DNA of 61,325 bases, filler included, from Perkinsus olseni (GCA_013115125.1; 7 parts of 7 records of this genome joined end to end with filler, not necessarily neighbours in it); one strand, 5' to 3'; counted from the whole stretch's first letter, positions 35,219 to 48,923 are shown. A program made the numbers and translations. Notes: generated by a model not told the origin, from the letters alone.

Positions 35219-38200
35219 TTAAACCGAACGAAAAAACATTTTATTTGCTCGGGAAATGGTGCAGCACAGTGGAAGGGAGATCTTTGGCTGAGGGGGTGTT
35301 CGCAGCTCATAACTGGTCGCTACTCCCGTTGTTGAGTGACAAGCAACATAGATGTAGCAGGTTATATTTATATTGGAAACGGCAGGACGATCTCTGTCAC
35401 TAACAAGCATGCCATAATCATCACTATCATCGCTGACTTTCGAATCACCTTCCATCAGGACGTCTCGAAGCTCACCGGATAGCCGCAGAGGCTCACCCGA
35501 GTCCACCATCCTCCATGTCGATTTACGCGATGCTGGTGCTGGCCTCGACGGGTTGATTACTGAGGAGGACGCAGTAGACTGAATCAGCTGGAACGAATCG
35601 AATGTTGGAGCGCGGAGGACACAGATTACTCTTGTTGTCGGCGCCGTCCGGGGAGTCTATGAGGCCCACAATTGCTTCCCTCTCGGCTGACTGCAAAACC
35701 CAAACTCACTTTCATACCGTAAATCGCCCTACCTTCTCCGCCAGGCTCGAGCTGACATCGCTAAAGTCAACCGCGGGGTCGCCGGCAGCCGCCATCACCT
35801 CCACGGCGTCGTACCTGACACTCCCATCATCGAACGATCATCGGGCGCTCGAAAGCACCAAATAGCCGACCGAACATTATCCTGTACACGGAGCTGATCG
35901 ACCGTCCGACCGGAGGTGCGTGTTGATGGTGTTTGCCATCTCCCCGCTCGCCAAGGGTCCCGTCTGGTCCCCCGGCCCTATCGTGGCCCTCGTCCGTCTT
36001 CCCCCAGCCATCGCCGCCGTCTGCAGAATCTCCAACCGCCTCAGTTCCTTGCCCACTTGGAAGCCTTCTGAAAGATTGATGGAAGAATCAACCCTCGCCA
36101 GACAGCGTGGACTGCCGTACTTCTCAGACTCCGCACGTTAGGGTCTCTCGGACACGACTCGGCTGCGTGGCCCATCTCCTTGCACGAGTAGCACTTCACA
36201 CTCTGCAGTGATTTATTCTTCTTCTTTCTGCCGCCCTCGTCCTGACACTCGACACTCCCAAGGCCTGCCCAACCCAACAGAGCGCCCCACTTTAGTGTCT
36301 CCGTTCTCTTCATCATCATCGTCGTCCAACAGATCATCGTACTCATCCTCGTCCTGAAGTCCCGCCCGGCTCGACGTTATAAACGAGAGCTTCCAAATAC
36401 CTTGGACTCATGCTTGGCGAATTTGCATCCGGTAGCATCCTTCCCCGGCTTGCCGCAGCACCACCAGAGCTCCCCGCCAAACTCTGACTAGCACGTCCCG
36501 AATGGCACACATCCGCTACACGATGATGGCTGCGTAGACTCACCTGATGCGTTCGACAACTCCAATTGAAATTGGCAGATTCCATGTACTCCTTATTGCA
36601 GTTCTTACACCTGACGACCATGGCTGCTTTCCACTGGCAGCAGTTCTGCTCATCTCACGTCCTCTGATCGAGCTCGAACAGCCTTCGTCTCGCATAGTAT
36701 TTCTTCAGTCGCTGTTTCAGCTTGTCTCGGTCTTCTTGCAAGTCCTGAGGACCGATCCAGCAGTAACAAGAGTACGAGAGATGCACTCGTTTAACGGCGT
36801 GAATTTCTCTGCGCCCTAGTCGAGTAGTCTGAATTCTCACTTTCATCCTCTTCTCGATTTTATCTCTCTCTTTTCTTATTGCGTTCATCTCTTCGAACAG
36901 GTCGATGATCTGTGCCCGGGCCGTCTTTTTCTGACACCCTCACACATCAGAACGAACGACATCACCCCCGACTTGCCTGCTCATCCAATTCGACTTGCAG
37001 TCGAGCTTTGTCGCTCTCCAGGCCGTCCCTCGCAGAGGTAAGATCTTCCCTATCGGTCCACTACTGCGGGAGCGCCTCTAATACTGCAACCTACACCCTC
37101 CCTAGTAGACCGTCCCTTTCCTCCACCACTCGAGCCGTCTCTATTTCCAGCTGATCCTTGAACTCTGTTATCTGACAGGGAGTGCTGGTGTGGAACACTC
37201 AACGGCATATTGCTTCTTGCCTGAGCCACTCGTACTGCAGCTACTTCCTGCGCATGTCTGAGTCTATCTTGGCACTTCTTCATCCCTCCGAGCTCCTGTT
37301 TGGCTTCATGCAGCGCTCTAACCTAAGTAGACCATGACGGAAGGAGCGCCTCGGGTTACTACCTGCTCGGTTAGGACTTCACTCTCAAGCCTAGCTATGT
37401 CAGTCAGGTTCTTCTGCTCGGATAACTCGCGGGACAGCCTCTCTATTTTCCGCTCGGCATTGTAGAGTTCCTGAAGATGACACATAGGGTTGTTACACGA
37501 CCCGCGAGTGAGTAGCAGTGGATGTGTATCTGACTCTTCATACTTTGAGGCTGCGCCGTAAGTGCCGCCTATTGAGATACTATTACGACCATCGGGCGCG
37601 TGGTGTAGTGGTATCACGTCTGCTTTGCATGCAGAAGGCCCCGGGTTCAAACCCCGGCGCGTCCATAAGTATTAACTGCTAAGTTCAGTATTACTGCTGA
37701 TAGGCTCTCATTGGTGGATGCACTTCTCCTCATCTCCTCAGACGCTTCTTCCATCTGAGCCCGCAGGCTTTGCGTCTCCATCTCCAACTCGGTACTTCTC
37801 GCCTGATAACAACCCGACTCCGCAGCAGCGCAATTACTTGTACAGCGCAGCCCAGCGGTCAAACTATCCCGCGACTTCTCAACCTTAAGTGTCATACTTT
37901 TGAATCACGACATTATCTATTACTTCTCAGGTTGCCAAATAAGGGCGAGTGAATCGCTCTTATTTGGGGATAGCAGAAAGGTTTATTCGCCTCAGTCGAA
38001 TCGTTGCAGCCACACAAACCGGCGGGTGACTCACACGGTATGTGTTGAGAGAGTATTCGGCAGACTTTAGCTCTCGTCTGGCGTCATGTAGCCTCTGCCG
38101 CACCGCAAGATACCTCTCCTCCACGCCGCTGCCCTCGAACTGAAGCGTTTCGTTCAATCGCCGAATGAGCGTCTCCTTGCGTCACCTCGGTAGTCTCCAA

Positions 38201-38986
38201 TCTGCTCTGTAGTGCCATTATCGCGTCTCGCGCCTGAGTTATCTCATCGAGCAGTCGAGTGGATAGTAGCTAAGAGATCACACCGGAGGTGCCGTGATAC
38301 CCCATAATACCACACCATCCTCAGCTCTGTCTACTACTGGAAGAGGCACACCGCGTCCCACCGCAGGCTTCGTCGTCAAATCACGAGACCTCCCGGCCGT
38401 CCAACACCCCCCGGAGATCTCACCATTTCCTCTAGCATCGAAGTCCCAGCACTTCGACGGCCCCCAGCATCCCGTGACGAGAATATTGACGAAGTCGCTG
38501 AGTGAAGTAATGAGTCGCCGCTACTCCTGACTGCTCCTTCCTTCACCCCAGCCCTAACCTGCACACCAAGTGATTCTGCGACCACACCTCTGCACTGTCT
38601 ACATAACACAATTGAACCGTGTGATCTCTAACTCCATCATACTAGCGTTCCGTTATCAACGCTCCGCCCACCTTCATCTACCCGATCTCGTTAACTATTA
38701 GCCCAGGCTAGTCACGTTGCGTTCTACAACTACACAGACAACGTACACGTACAACGAGACGACGTGCAGACGAGGACGACGATAAACATTGTCCGATTCG
38801 AACGTCACCCTAGTGGTCCAACCGACCTACCTTAGCATCGTGTACTGGCCGATTGCCTTCTTCAAAGAGTGGTAGAAGGTAGTCTCGAATAACAGCAGCG
38901 GCGACCTCAGGATCCACGGCCTCCTTCGACTGAACGCAATCCTCCCGTCTAACTCTCGAGGATGCTGACGGCGTCGGGTCCGCCAT
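35219..38986 (-). CDS. Multi-exon coiled-coil protein with C-terminal Zn-binding motifs (CxxC...CxxH...WWCC...GC...H plus a CCHC knuckle); 3' end approximate
   Basis: Start MADPTPS at 38986; heptad-rich exons; VVRCKNCNKEYMESANFNWSCRTHQ / EFGGELWWCCGKPGKDATGCKFAKHE; KCYSCKEMGHAAESCPRDPNVR. Confidence 0.7.
37594..37665 (+). tRNA. tRNA-Ala(TGC), antisense within an intron of the coiled-coil/Zn-finger gene
   Basis: GGGCGCG-TG-GTGTAGTGGTATCAC-G-TCTGC-TTTGCAT-GCAGA-AGGCC-CCGGG-TTCAAAC-CCCGG-CGCGTCC-A; G3:U70 Ala identity pair present. Confidence 0.97.
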
Positions 38987-39560
38987 GATGAGCACTCCGC
39001 CCAACTGAAGACGCTCTCTTATGTCGTTCACCGTGTAGCCGAGACGTCGATGGATGACCTTTCGAGTCGATGCGTTACGGTACATTAACAAACCCAATTG
39101 CACTCGTATTCAGAGACACGGTGGTAAACCGGTAAAACTGATAAGGCGCGGACCCAAAAGGGAATAGCCGAACAGAATGAGGGTGTAGATGAGATGCACG
39201 AACCAGCCGGAGTTGTGCAGACTTGAGATCGACAAGATCTCTCGGCCAGTCCTCCACGCTCTTACAGCAGCTACCTTTGCATACCATCGCCATCACCAAG
39301 TGGTGCTTCTCTACTCGCAACAGACATCCCCGAACCGATACACTTCCTGAGGGCGAATAGAAAAGAATTTGGGAAGAGACTGAAGCTCTTCCTGCACACT
39401 GTGAACCCGAGCTCATAGCGCAACCCCGGCACCGGTTCAACTGGACTCTACCGACGTGCCAATTTCCGGGGGTTACGGCGTAATAACTGATACGAAGTGA
39501 TTACGATACGAAAAAGCCTCCCTGCAGCACACTGCAGGAGCCGTCAGCTCCCCCCTCCTC

Positions 39561-40744
39561 TTACGGTTGTAGGCCTTTGCTGTACACCCAAGCAAGAGCT
39601 CTGTCGAATGCGTTCCTCTCTCGATGTTCATGATGTCTCACATAGTCACACATCTGAGGTTGAGGGAGGTAATCAGCATCAACCGCGCGAATTGAGGTGA
39701 GACCCGACGACCTCTAGGGTTTGCGATGAAGGGAAGAAGTATGGGTATCGATGACGGTTGATGTCCGCGAACCTGAAAGAATCTCGCGAATCTCATCCTC
39801 CCCCGAGCATGCGGACAGCGGACAGGCGTACCAAGGGATCCAAGTATCATAATCTATTATCTTCGTTAGCAGCTCATCCGACGGGTCCGACACCCGAACC
39901 TGAACAGAAGTCGTTGGTGATGCTCTTCTACTCCCCAGAGTACTCACCGCACAGACCTTCGAGACAGTATCCATATGAGGATACCGGGCCAATGCCGCAG
40001 CTGTGGCTGAGGGGAGGAGCGACGACTGAGCTCTGTAGCGACCAGTGTGATGATGATGCTTATCATAGGGCGAAGAGGAATAGGGCCACCCAGCTAGATG
40101 GAATCAGAGCATCAGAGTAATCTCACCTTTGTCGAAGTCACTCCTGGGCAACTTTCCTGCGTCCGAGTAAGCGAGAAACTTCAAAATGTCGGCCTCTGAG
40201 CTCATCTGTGAGAATTCGGAGCACGGAGATTCGACCATCGTATCACTGATGATACTAGATTACAAATGAACTCATGTGTGCTCCAAGCGTCAGGAAATCA
40301 AGGATCCAGGCACCAGGGTACCTATCGAGGTTCCCTCAGCCAAATTTACGAGGAAGAAAGATACGTCACTCACGGTGAGGGACTCACCTAACGGGTTGGA
40401 GAAGTCCGGTAAGGTCGTTACGACGCATCGCTGCTTCGTCGAAGACATGCGGGGAGTTGAGCACATTCATGTCGGACCCTGAAGATGGAGCAGGAGAAAA
40501 GTCCAAAATGATTTCTAGTGCATCATCGCTCTACTTTTCCAGGCGAAGTTTTGTGCAAGGAACAACGAGGGTAGAGTGGCTGGGAAGCGGTCGTTGAGAG
40601 GCTCGCAGTACTTCACGCCCGCTACTTGCTCGGCTGAAGGCATCTACAAAGTTGATACGAGCCGCTGAAAAGCTCTCATTATTAGAAAGGACCGTCCTTG
40701 GTACGTAATAACCTCCCTTTCTTGCCACATCACCTCATCGACAT
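39561..40744 (-). CDS. Multi-exon hypothetical protein
   Basis: GT-AG-bounded exons: SDMNVLNSPHVFDEAAMRRNDLTGLLQPVR / YPGAWILDFLTLGAHMSSF / MSSEADILKFLAYSDAGKLPRSDFDK ... MCDYVRHHEHRERNAFDRALAWVYSKGLQP*. Confidence 0.55.
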
Positions 40745-41339
40745 CGCCGTGGATGAACAAAACCTCGTCATCAGCATGATGACCATAAAATTGAAAATAC
40801 TTCTCGACAAGTGAGGCTCTGGTGAAGTCCTCATAGTCATACCTGCCGCGAGGTGGGAGAAATGTGGTACTGCGAGGACCAGTCGGAGGAGGATGACTGT
40901 CTCATCACGGGGAGCCAATCATGGGACGATGACGATGATGCTGATTATGGATTTGAGCCTCGGACTCGATGTGGTTTATAGATAGTACTCCGTGATTCAA
41001 CCTCGGTAACAAAGCAGCAGTAGCAGCAGCAGCACGAGAGATGTGACCACTAACTCAGTGGCGCTGAGCACTGCGTGGTCTGCAGGGGCCTAATACTCAT
41101 GCAGCTTTCCGCCGTGCCCTGCTGGTTTGCCTTTTGCCTCACAGGCGTCAAGCACAGCACAAATAAAAACACACGTTCGCCGACCGAATTCAGCGGCGAT
41201 TCTTACCCCGCACGACCGGTACGGGTTTCAACTGTCGAGAATCCCGGAGACTACTCGACAGCACAGAGTCACAGGCGGTATCTCTAGCCACACTAGCTCA
41301 CTTCCCCTCCTTCTTCGACTTGAATCCTTGATACCTTCC

Positions 41340-42090
41340 ATGGGTAACATCATCGAAGACACTATACATAATTTTATGACGGAATCTTCGGAACCTGTAG
41401 TAAGATCCTCATCGAGTTGCGACAGCCCCAGAAGGGGCCATGGCCTTCGAGTATCATCACTAATTCCCTCGGGGAATTGATAACCGCTCCAAGCACGAGG
41501 GGCTTCTGCCACTTCTTCAGGGCTCTCGTTGTCTCAAGAATCACAAAGACCTAAGCTCAACCTTCGGATACCACCTAAACCTCATACTACTGTGACTTAG
41601 CCTACATCGACCACAGGATCCAACTCATACAGTCTCAGTTCGAGTATGTCGAACTCATAGGCGAACAAGAGCAGGTCAACAATCCTCTTCGGTGCCGTTC
41701 TGTTGCCGGACATGTACCTATGCAGTTCCAGCAGCATCTAATAGGGAGGCTAAGCGTGAAGCTCACGGGTTGCCTTTGCAGTCCCATCGCAGCTGCCTCT
41801 CAGGTGGCCTCTCAAAAACCATCGGTTTCAGCTCCGGCGGGTCTTGCATCACCCTTGGTCGAATGAGATCCGCGTACCGCACAATCCATTCCTATCATCA
41901 GAGGTGACTTCCACATCTAAGTACCACAACGTCCCCTTCTCACAGTATTATTGGGATGATACTTATCTGCCAAGGCTGACCATTCAAAGTCTGGCCCCGC
42001 TCGTTGGCCGAGATCATCGAAGTTGGGGCTAGGCTCCCATTCTCCTGATTGTGTCAGACGCTCCTTCAATAGATGTGGTGGAGCGTTGAG
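41340..42090 (+). CDS. Possible small multi-exon hypothetical gene
   Basis: Exon-like pieces IQLIQSQFEYVELIGEQEQVNNPLR, WPLKNHRFQLRRVLHHPWSNEIRVPHNPFLSSE and YYWDDTYLPRLTIQ, bounded by AG/GT. Confidence 0.35.
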
Positions 42091-43261
42091 ATGGAGACAG
42101 CGCCATGCTGTCCACAATAGGCCATCAATATGTTATCCGCCTTGATCCATGGTTGGGTAACGAAAGCGAACAAACAGTAGTCTACTCACACGTCAGGTCC
42201 AAAGCTCGAGTTGGTTCATCAATCGCCTCTCGGTAGGAGAGGGCACGCAGTGGACACCTTAGCCGTGAGCCTTGTTACATGGTGTATCTGTTGGGGCAAA
42301 TGCGGTGACCGACGATGATGCCCAAGTTTGAGATCTCTGGCGGAATGGCTTACTTCCAAGTCGGCTAGCAAGGGAAGCCTAGCCTTCACAGGAGCTTCCT
42401 GGTTGGCTACTCCACCTCAGGGCAGGCCCCATTCGACAACCAGGCGAACCAGGCGAGCGGGAGCAGCATGAGCCATGCGAACTCGAGCCCCACTGGCGAG
42501 GGTGGACTCCCTTCCCGAATATCAAGTTGGTTGCCGCCATATTGTCGGTATCCCCAAAAGAGGTAATGGGGGGGGCGCTCCTTCTTTTACTCCGTTGGGC
42601 ATGTCTGGTACGACCAGAGAAGATACTACGGAGGAGGTTCGAACCCTGGCGGTGCCTCTGTTGCCCACCAGCCGACCGACAGCATAGCATAGCAGTAGGA
42701 TCTTCACACCCCAAGATGTGTCATGAGAGAGCACCGACACCCTCCAACTGCATCATCCCCTCATCACACTGCTAGATCATCACGTTAGTCGCCCGATGGC
42801 ATTATTAGGCTGAGGGCTGCTCTCGATAAAGACTGCTGAGCAGGTAACGTCATGAGTGGTCGAGGGCATTGCAGCACAAGAGTCTCCAAAGCATTGTCGA
42901 ATCCGTACGTACACTCACCGTATACGTATACGGGTCGATAAAGAAAGCAGGACGGCCGAGTAGATCTTGTCACGACTTCCACCGCTAAGGGCGCTAGATC
43001 GAACCCATGCCCCAACCTCGGCCGGACTATTAACAACGCAGCACCCCTATGGTAACGATAACGTGATGATTATTGTGGAGGAGATGTCACCATAGACGGC
43101 AGTGGTGACCACCAGCACAGTGTATCAATCGGGTGGAAGAGAAACGACAATAGACAACAGATAGGAGACTTTTACGTTGGTAATAGTTCGAAGATGACCA
43201 CAGACACCGCCGAAAAGGGCCCTGGTGAACAGCGGAGCGAAGCAGCCCCACACCGCGGCCC

Positions 43262-43855
43262 TCAACGATAGAAGTGTTTCCGGTCGAAGGCAGGCGGTAA
43301 CTGCTGGTCGATATCGGTCTGGTCTATCACAGAGCAGAGCACCTATAAGAAGAGTAAAACATAAACGAGTGTGGCGATGATAACCTCCCTACCAGTGATC
43401 TGTCCTGGGCCCCGGCAGCAACAACCCCACCGGGCATTCCACCCGCCGAGCTCGCCCTCCGTCGACGCTTCTTCGGAGAGGCACCCTCCTCTTCACCATC
43501 ATTTCCGTTAGGGATGGTATCAGTGTAGCCATGCAACCAATCCTGCTCATCCAACTGAGCGCAGCCTGACGGAAAGATTCCATGCCCCAGCGGCCTCCAC
43601 CGCCATCACCCTGGTTGCCTACCTAGAACGTGGGAGCCCATCCAGCGCTTGGACTCGGTGTCGTCGGAGAAGCGACTCTTCACCACAGTGAACGCCGCCT
43701 CAGCAGGGGACTTATCGCACTTGATATCACCTGCCAGTATAAGACTGTCCGCGAACCTGAGGAAATGCAAGATTCACAAGATTGCAAGTGGATTCCCTCA
43801 ACCCCGAATCAACTTACAGTACGACCTTGACACTGGTAGTAGGTGAGCCCTGCTT
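43262..43855 (-). CDS. 3' part of a hypothetical gene with an NLS-like PKKRRRR (5' end lost at the contig end)
   Basis: Spliced reading ...AFTVVKSRFSDDTESKRWMGSHVL / QLDEQDWLHGYTD...PKKRRRR...QDRSL / VLCSVIDQTDIDQQLPPAFDRKHFYR*. Confidence 0.5.
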
Positions 43856-44042
43856 NNNNNNNNNNNNNNNNNNNNNNNNNNNNNNNNNNNNNNNNNNNNT
43901 TAATTAATTAANNNNNNNNNNNNNNNNNNNNNNNNNNNNNNNNNNNNNNNNNNNNGGCCCCCCACCCGGTTTGGGGGGCCAACCTGTTTGGGGGGGCCAC
44001 CCCCAAAGGGGCGGCCGTCGGGGTAACCCCTTCCCCGGGGCC

Positions 44043-44078
<36 letters not shown>

Positions 44079-44091
44079 ACCGTGCTGGTCA

Positions 44092-45646
44092 GGTCTGCTT
44101 GGTATGCTCATCGGGCTGCTTGCCTTCTCCAACGCCTCCTCCCCCCTGGCAGCCGTCGTTTCTTTCTGGTTCCTCGACATCTCCATCAACGCTTACCAAG
44201 GCCCTCTCCGAGCCCTACTAGTGGATACCGTGCCCGAACGTCTACAGGTGCTGTTGACGATCCCCTTTCCTGTTCACGACGCTTCTCCGCAGGCCAACGC
44301 CAACGCAGCCCTCGGTGTCACCGCTGGCTTCAGCACGGCCCTAGGATACCTTTTCGGAGGTATTGATTTCACAAGTAGGTGCACTGCCGCTGTCTCCGGC
44401 TACCTCTCGATAGGTTCAGCGGGAGTACTCTCCTCGGAAGTCTCGGCGGTCTTCGGCATCACCGCCGTCTATGTTGGTGTCTTTGGTCTACTCGCCATCT
44501 ACTGTGCGCCCGAAGACAAAACTACGACGACGTCTTCGGTGGTGGCAGAGAGCTGCGGAAAGCGTCTCTGCAGGGAAGCCACTGACGGGGTAAGCCAGAG
44601 GGTGTTTCAACGACGCCCGCCTGGGTCCTCGCTCGGGTACATCGGCTGTCGCTGTCAGATTCGGGTTATGCCCTTTTCGATGAGGGTCGCCTTCGCCGCC
44701 CAGTCCTCGAGCTACCTCGCCTGGTTCGCCATCTACATGTATACTACCGAGTGGGTTGGTGTAACCATCTTTGGTGGTTCGGAAGAGGACGATGCCTCGA
44801 CTGAGGAGAAGCTTCTATTCACCCAGGGTGTCCGTCACGCTAACATCAGCCTGGCCATTGCAGCCCTGTTGTGCAGCCTCACCTCCATGGCCTTACCTTT
44901 CCTATTGAAGATAGTAGGCTCCGTTACCCGGGTGTTGGTATGAGTGGTCACTGCAGGTGTCCCTACCCCGACTCTGGTCATTCTCAATATTATCTTTATC
45001 AGTGGACATGGCCGTTGCCGCTCTCTTCGTGAGTAGGCTGCTGGTGCGCTCGAATTCAAGAGGGGATCTCCATTCATAGTTAGTCGGCGTTTCTAGCATG
45101 AAAGTTGGGGAATTTATGGTACGGGCCACACCGTTTGTTGTCACGCGCTACCGTCCGAGTCAGACGGTCTGACAATCCTTAATAAAAGCCTTTCTCTCTC
45201 GTTGAGTTCCTCTCTTCTCTCCAGCCTCCCCTGCCGCCTCCCGCCTCTGCATCGCCCTCCTGGGCATCCCAATGGCAGCAACGCACCTCCTCCCATGGAC
45301 GCTGGTCTCACAGATTTCCTCGAGACCCCACCTAGCCGACCACAGGTGCTCGGGGATGGCCTCCTCTGAACCCAGCAGCCTTCCTTCCCTCAGAGCAAGA
45401 GTCACAGCTGTCTTTAATTTATCCCAGTGTTACCCCGAGATGACGATGAGCGCACTCGCCGCCGTCATTTTCTCGATTCCGGGTAGGCGAGGTCTTGGGG
45501 CCTCCTGAGGTCAGCCCTGGTCTTCAGGTGGTTCCATCCCGATTGTGCTGCTAGTTGGCAGCATCTCTGCTTTGGTGTCGTCTGTCTTGGCCTCGATGGC
45601 CGTCGATGAGGACCCGACCACAGCGGCTGAGTCCAGTTCAAAGTAG
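44092..45646 (+). CDS. SUC/SUT-SLC45 type (GPH/MFS) sugar:H+ symporter, 5'-truncated, multi-exon
   Basis: FWFLDISINAYQGPLRALLVD, YLAWFAIYMYTTEWVG, QGVR, LGIPMAATHLLPWTLV and AVFNLSQCYPE match sucrose-transporter family motifs; stop TAG at 45644-45646. Confidence 0.85.
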
Positions 45647-46402
45647 GGTGAGACGACGATTAATATCACATTAGTGAGCGCAAAATCGAGTATTACTTTT
45701 CGACTATTTTGGTAGCACTACTAGCGTAAAGTTCAACTACCTCGACACCGGGCGGGTTAGAACTACATCACCGCTCAGTTCTTGTGGGATTCGCACCCAA
45801 GGTGGATTTTGGTAACTATTCCTTGGCAGGTACGACTATGTTATTGAAGAGGATGTCGATTTGGAGATGTCGACGACTGATGACGACGTCGGCCCCCCGC
45901 AGCCCGCGGCCTTTGGGGTATTTAATGATGAGTGATTATTATTAATTTAACATCAACGGACGTTTCCTCCAGAAGACTTTGGTGTTCTCTGCTCGGTAAT
46001 TTATGGCAGTACTAAATCGCTTTCTATTCGGGAGAGTGCCTCCTTCTTATCCACCTCTCGAAGGAGAAAAAGAGGAAAAGACCAGACTCGCCTTACACAG
46101 GGAACTGACCGGCGATTCTGAGACACTCGGTGAACTCAAAGCCAGTGCATAGAAACCATATCTCCGGCCGTCCCGGCACAAGAAATATATTCAAACTCCC
46201 TGCAATACGCTTATTTACTCTACACAGAACATGTTGTGCTTCGGCAAACGTGCGGTGATGGAAACGTCGAACGGAGGAGTACCACCCCCATGCAAAGGGG
46301 CTCTTTGCGAGCAGCGTGTTCATCTTCTCTGATATTTCCCACGTTGGGTGGACTGGAACTCACAACGCAACGAAGCTTTAAGACTGAACGGTGTGACGAG
46401 AC

Positions 46403-47725
46403 TCAATCCTCATCACCATCCCATGGATCACCACCCAACTCATCCAGTAGAGCGTCCGGGGAGGCCTCCGCGCTGCTGCCGTCCGATTTACTATCACCCT
46501 CTGTGAGGGGCTGTCGGACGGCGTCGTCGCGCTCCATGCTCTTCACATCCTAAAAAGGCCACTTCCACCTACAAGGACGCTTACACAGATGAACTGTTAC
46601 ATCTTGAACCTCCAGAGTCTGTCGTGTTGGGCTCTCGTTATCTGCCACGGTACTACCCAGCAGCCGCCAGACGCCAACCCTACCGCTGCCATCCTCTCGT
46701 CCAACTCCTACTGATACAACCTCTTTCGGTAGGTGGCAAACCGACCCGTCCAAACGTGTCATCTTCTGCGCGACTTCATCTACGATGGCGGCTTGGAACC
46801 CCTCACGGAGTGACGCCTGACCTAGTGGGCTGCCGGAAAGCCTCGGTCGCCAGTCGTACCGCTGTCTGCTTGATACGCGCGTCGACCTTGGATACCATCT
46901 CATCGATCATCCCATCCACTCGGCGATGCTCTGTGATGACAGCATCTGCAACTTCCCTCCGCAGACCTTCTGCTTCCGATTTCTGAGTCCCCTCCAACTG
47001 ACATCGGGGCCGCTGAGAGGTGGTCAGCTCTAACCCGACCGACATGACGGGTGATGTCGAGCTTGAAGGCGTCGAGGAAGGGCAGAAGGCTGCTGCTGAT
47101 GCCGTCTCGGAGGGCCTCGAAGCTGAACGAAGGTCGCAATAGAATTTGACGTCGAACCATCAATATTGCTGAATTAAGTAAAATGCGCATGAATAGTAAA
47201 AACGACGTTTACAATAATTATCGATATTACGCACATTTCACAATAATGATGATAATCACACCGCGATGATCTCAAACGCAGCGTCGACTGATCAAAATCA
47301 CTTAGGTCGTTTTTCCCCGAAAGACATGAAGCCTTGGCGAGCCTCTTAGACGTGTGTCGAAGCACCTGTCAAGCAAAAACGTCTCCTTGTTCTTTCCCTC
47401 CCGTAACATCTCCTCAACCAAACCCTCCAGCTGGCGGATTCTAATCTCCAGATTGTCTTGCCGCCGGGCCTGATTGGCGTCAATAGTCGGCCTGCGTAGA
47501 ATGCTCAACCCGACCTCCTCCCGCTGCATCAACTTAACGACGCGCTGCAGGTCGGACACTCGTCGTTCAAGCGCGAGCCTCTCTTTATCATCATCATGCT
47601 GCTGCTGCTGCTGCCTCCCCAAAGATGCTGACTAGCCTTACCTTCACCAACATCCTCCCACCCGCTATTACCGTGTCACTTCTTCGCATGGTGGTGTGCT
47701 CCAACTCCTCCAAGCGAGCCATCAT
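46403..47725 (-). CDS. Multi-exon hypothetical coiled-coil protein
   Basis: Exons MMARLEELEH..., KERLALERRVSDLQRVVKLMQREE, NLEIRIRQLEGLVEEMLRE ... DELGGDPWDGDED*. Confidence 0.55.
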
Positions 47726-47973
47726 GGACCTGATCGTTCACCCCATCATCACCGCCCTGGGCTATTGCTATAGGATTTCAATAGACCCTATCATGTATAA
47801 CCATAATACCTTAATGTACCAATATAAGATAACATAGATATTTTATTACAACTTTATAAATAAGTAGTCTACAATTAGAATATGGACAACCTTCAAGTAG
47901 CACACACGTCGGCTACCATTTACTCATACCAGTACCCCGAGGATCAGTACATCATCCACAGACAACTGCATCA

Positions 47974-48923
47974 TCAATGTGGCTGCAATTTCTCGGAAGC
48001 CTTCGCGAGGAACCTCCCCGTTCCACGCGAACTCACTAGGCGATGGGCTCCGTAGGTAGAAAACGCCTTCGCCGCATTTTTCTCTCGCCAGATGCGAGTC
48101 TCGTGATGTGGAATATACAATATCTTTTTCGTATGACGGGGTAACTCCATCGACTGATCATATCTACTCTTACTAGAAATCACGATAAAACGAAAAACGG
48201 TGCCATAGTAATGATATCACGATAAAACGACGAGGCTTACTTGTATATCGGATCGTCCGGGGAGATAAATCTGCCAGGGGTGGTTGGAGTCTCCCTAGTT
48301 ACCATAGACGAGAGCCTGACTCGTCGATGAACCTACCTGCAAAGTGCAAGCTTCGACCTTGGATACTCTCACCTCATCCAACTCCTTCTGTAGCGCATCA
48401 AAGGTCACGTACTCCCGACTGCTACGCCTCAGGGCTAGCACGTCCATCTCGAGGTCCAGCAGCCGCTGGCGGAGGGCACTCAAGTCAGTCTCCTGTGGGC
48501 CCGTCGGACAGCACGACGAGCGCGGGAGATCATCTGATACCACAGAAAATATTACAGCACTCATTTTTTCATGTCGTGATGGTACAATAATAACTCATAC
48601 GATAACAGAGCCTGTAAATAGTGTCTGAGAAGTCGAGTGAATCATCATTATTTTTGTATTCTATATTGAGGTTGATATGTAGAAAAGATGGCTATCCTAG
48701 ACCATGTTAACCAACTTGATACTAAAAAGGAGAGTATCCTCGAATTTTTGGCAAGCATATGATGACTTTCCCATCCGAGGATACATTTACGATATTCCCA
48801 TTCAAAAAATGCAAAATTTCCGATATAGTTACAAAATTAGCTACGAAACGGAAGCCTGAAGAAGGTCCCGAGATGACCTTGGAGATCCCCCGCTGTCTCC
48901 TGCCGGCCGTTCACGTTCTGCAT
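47974..48923 (-). CDS. Multi-exon hypothetical protein; start uncertain
   Basis: Exons ETDLSALRQRLLDLEMDVLALRRSSREYVTFDALQKELDE / ...ISPDDPIYK / YDQSMELPRHTKK...YGAHRL / ASEKLQPH*. Confidence 0.45.

Noticed and set aside
43956..44085. G/C homopolymer-rich stretch (also poly-C at ~26492-26513) giving poly-Pro/Gly ORFs
   Set aside because: Near contig starts and typical of low-quality base calls.
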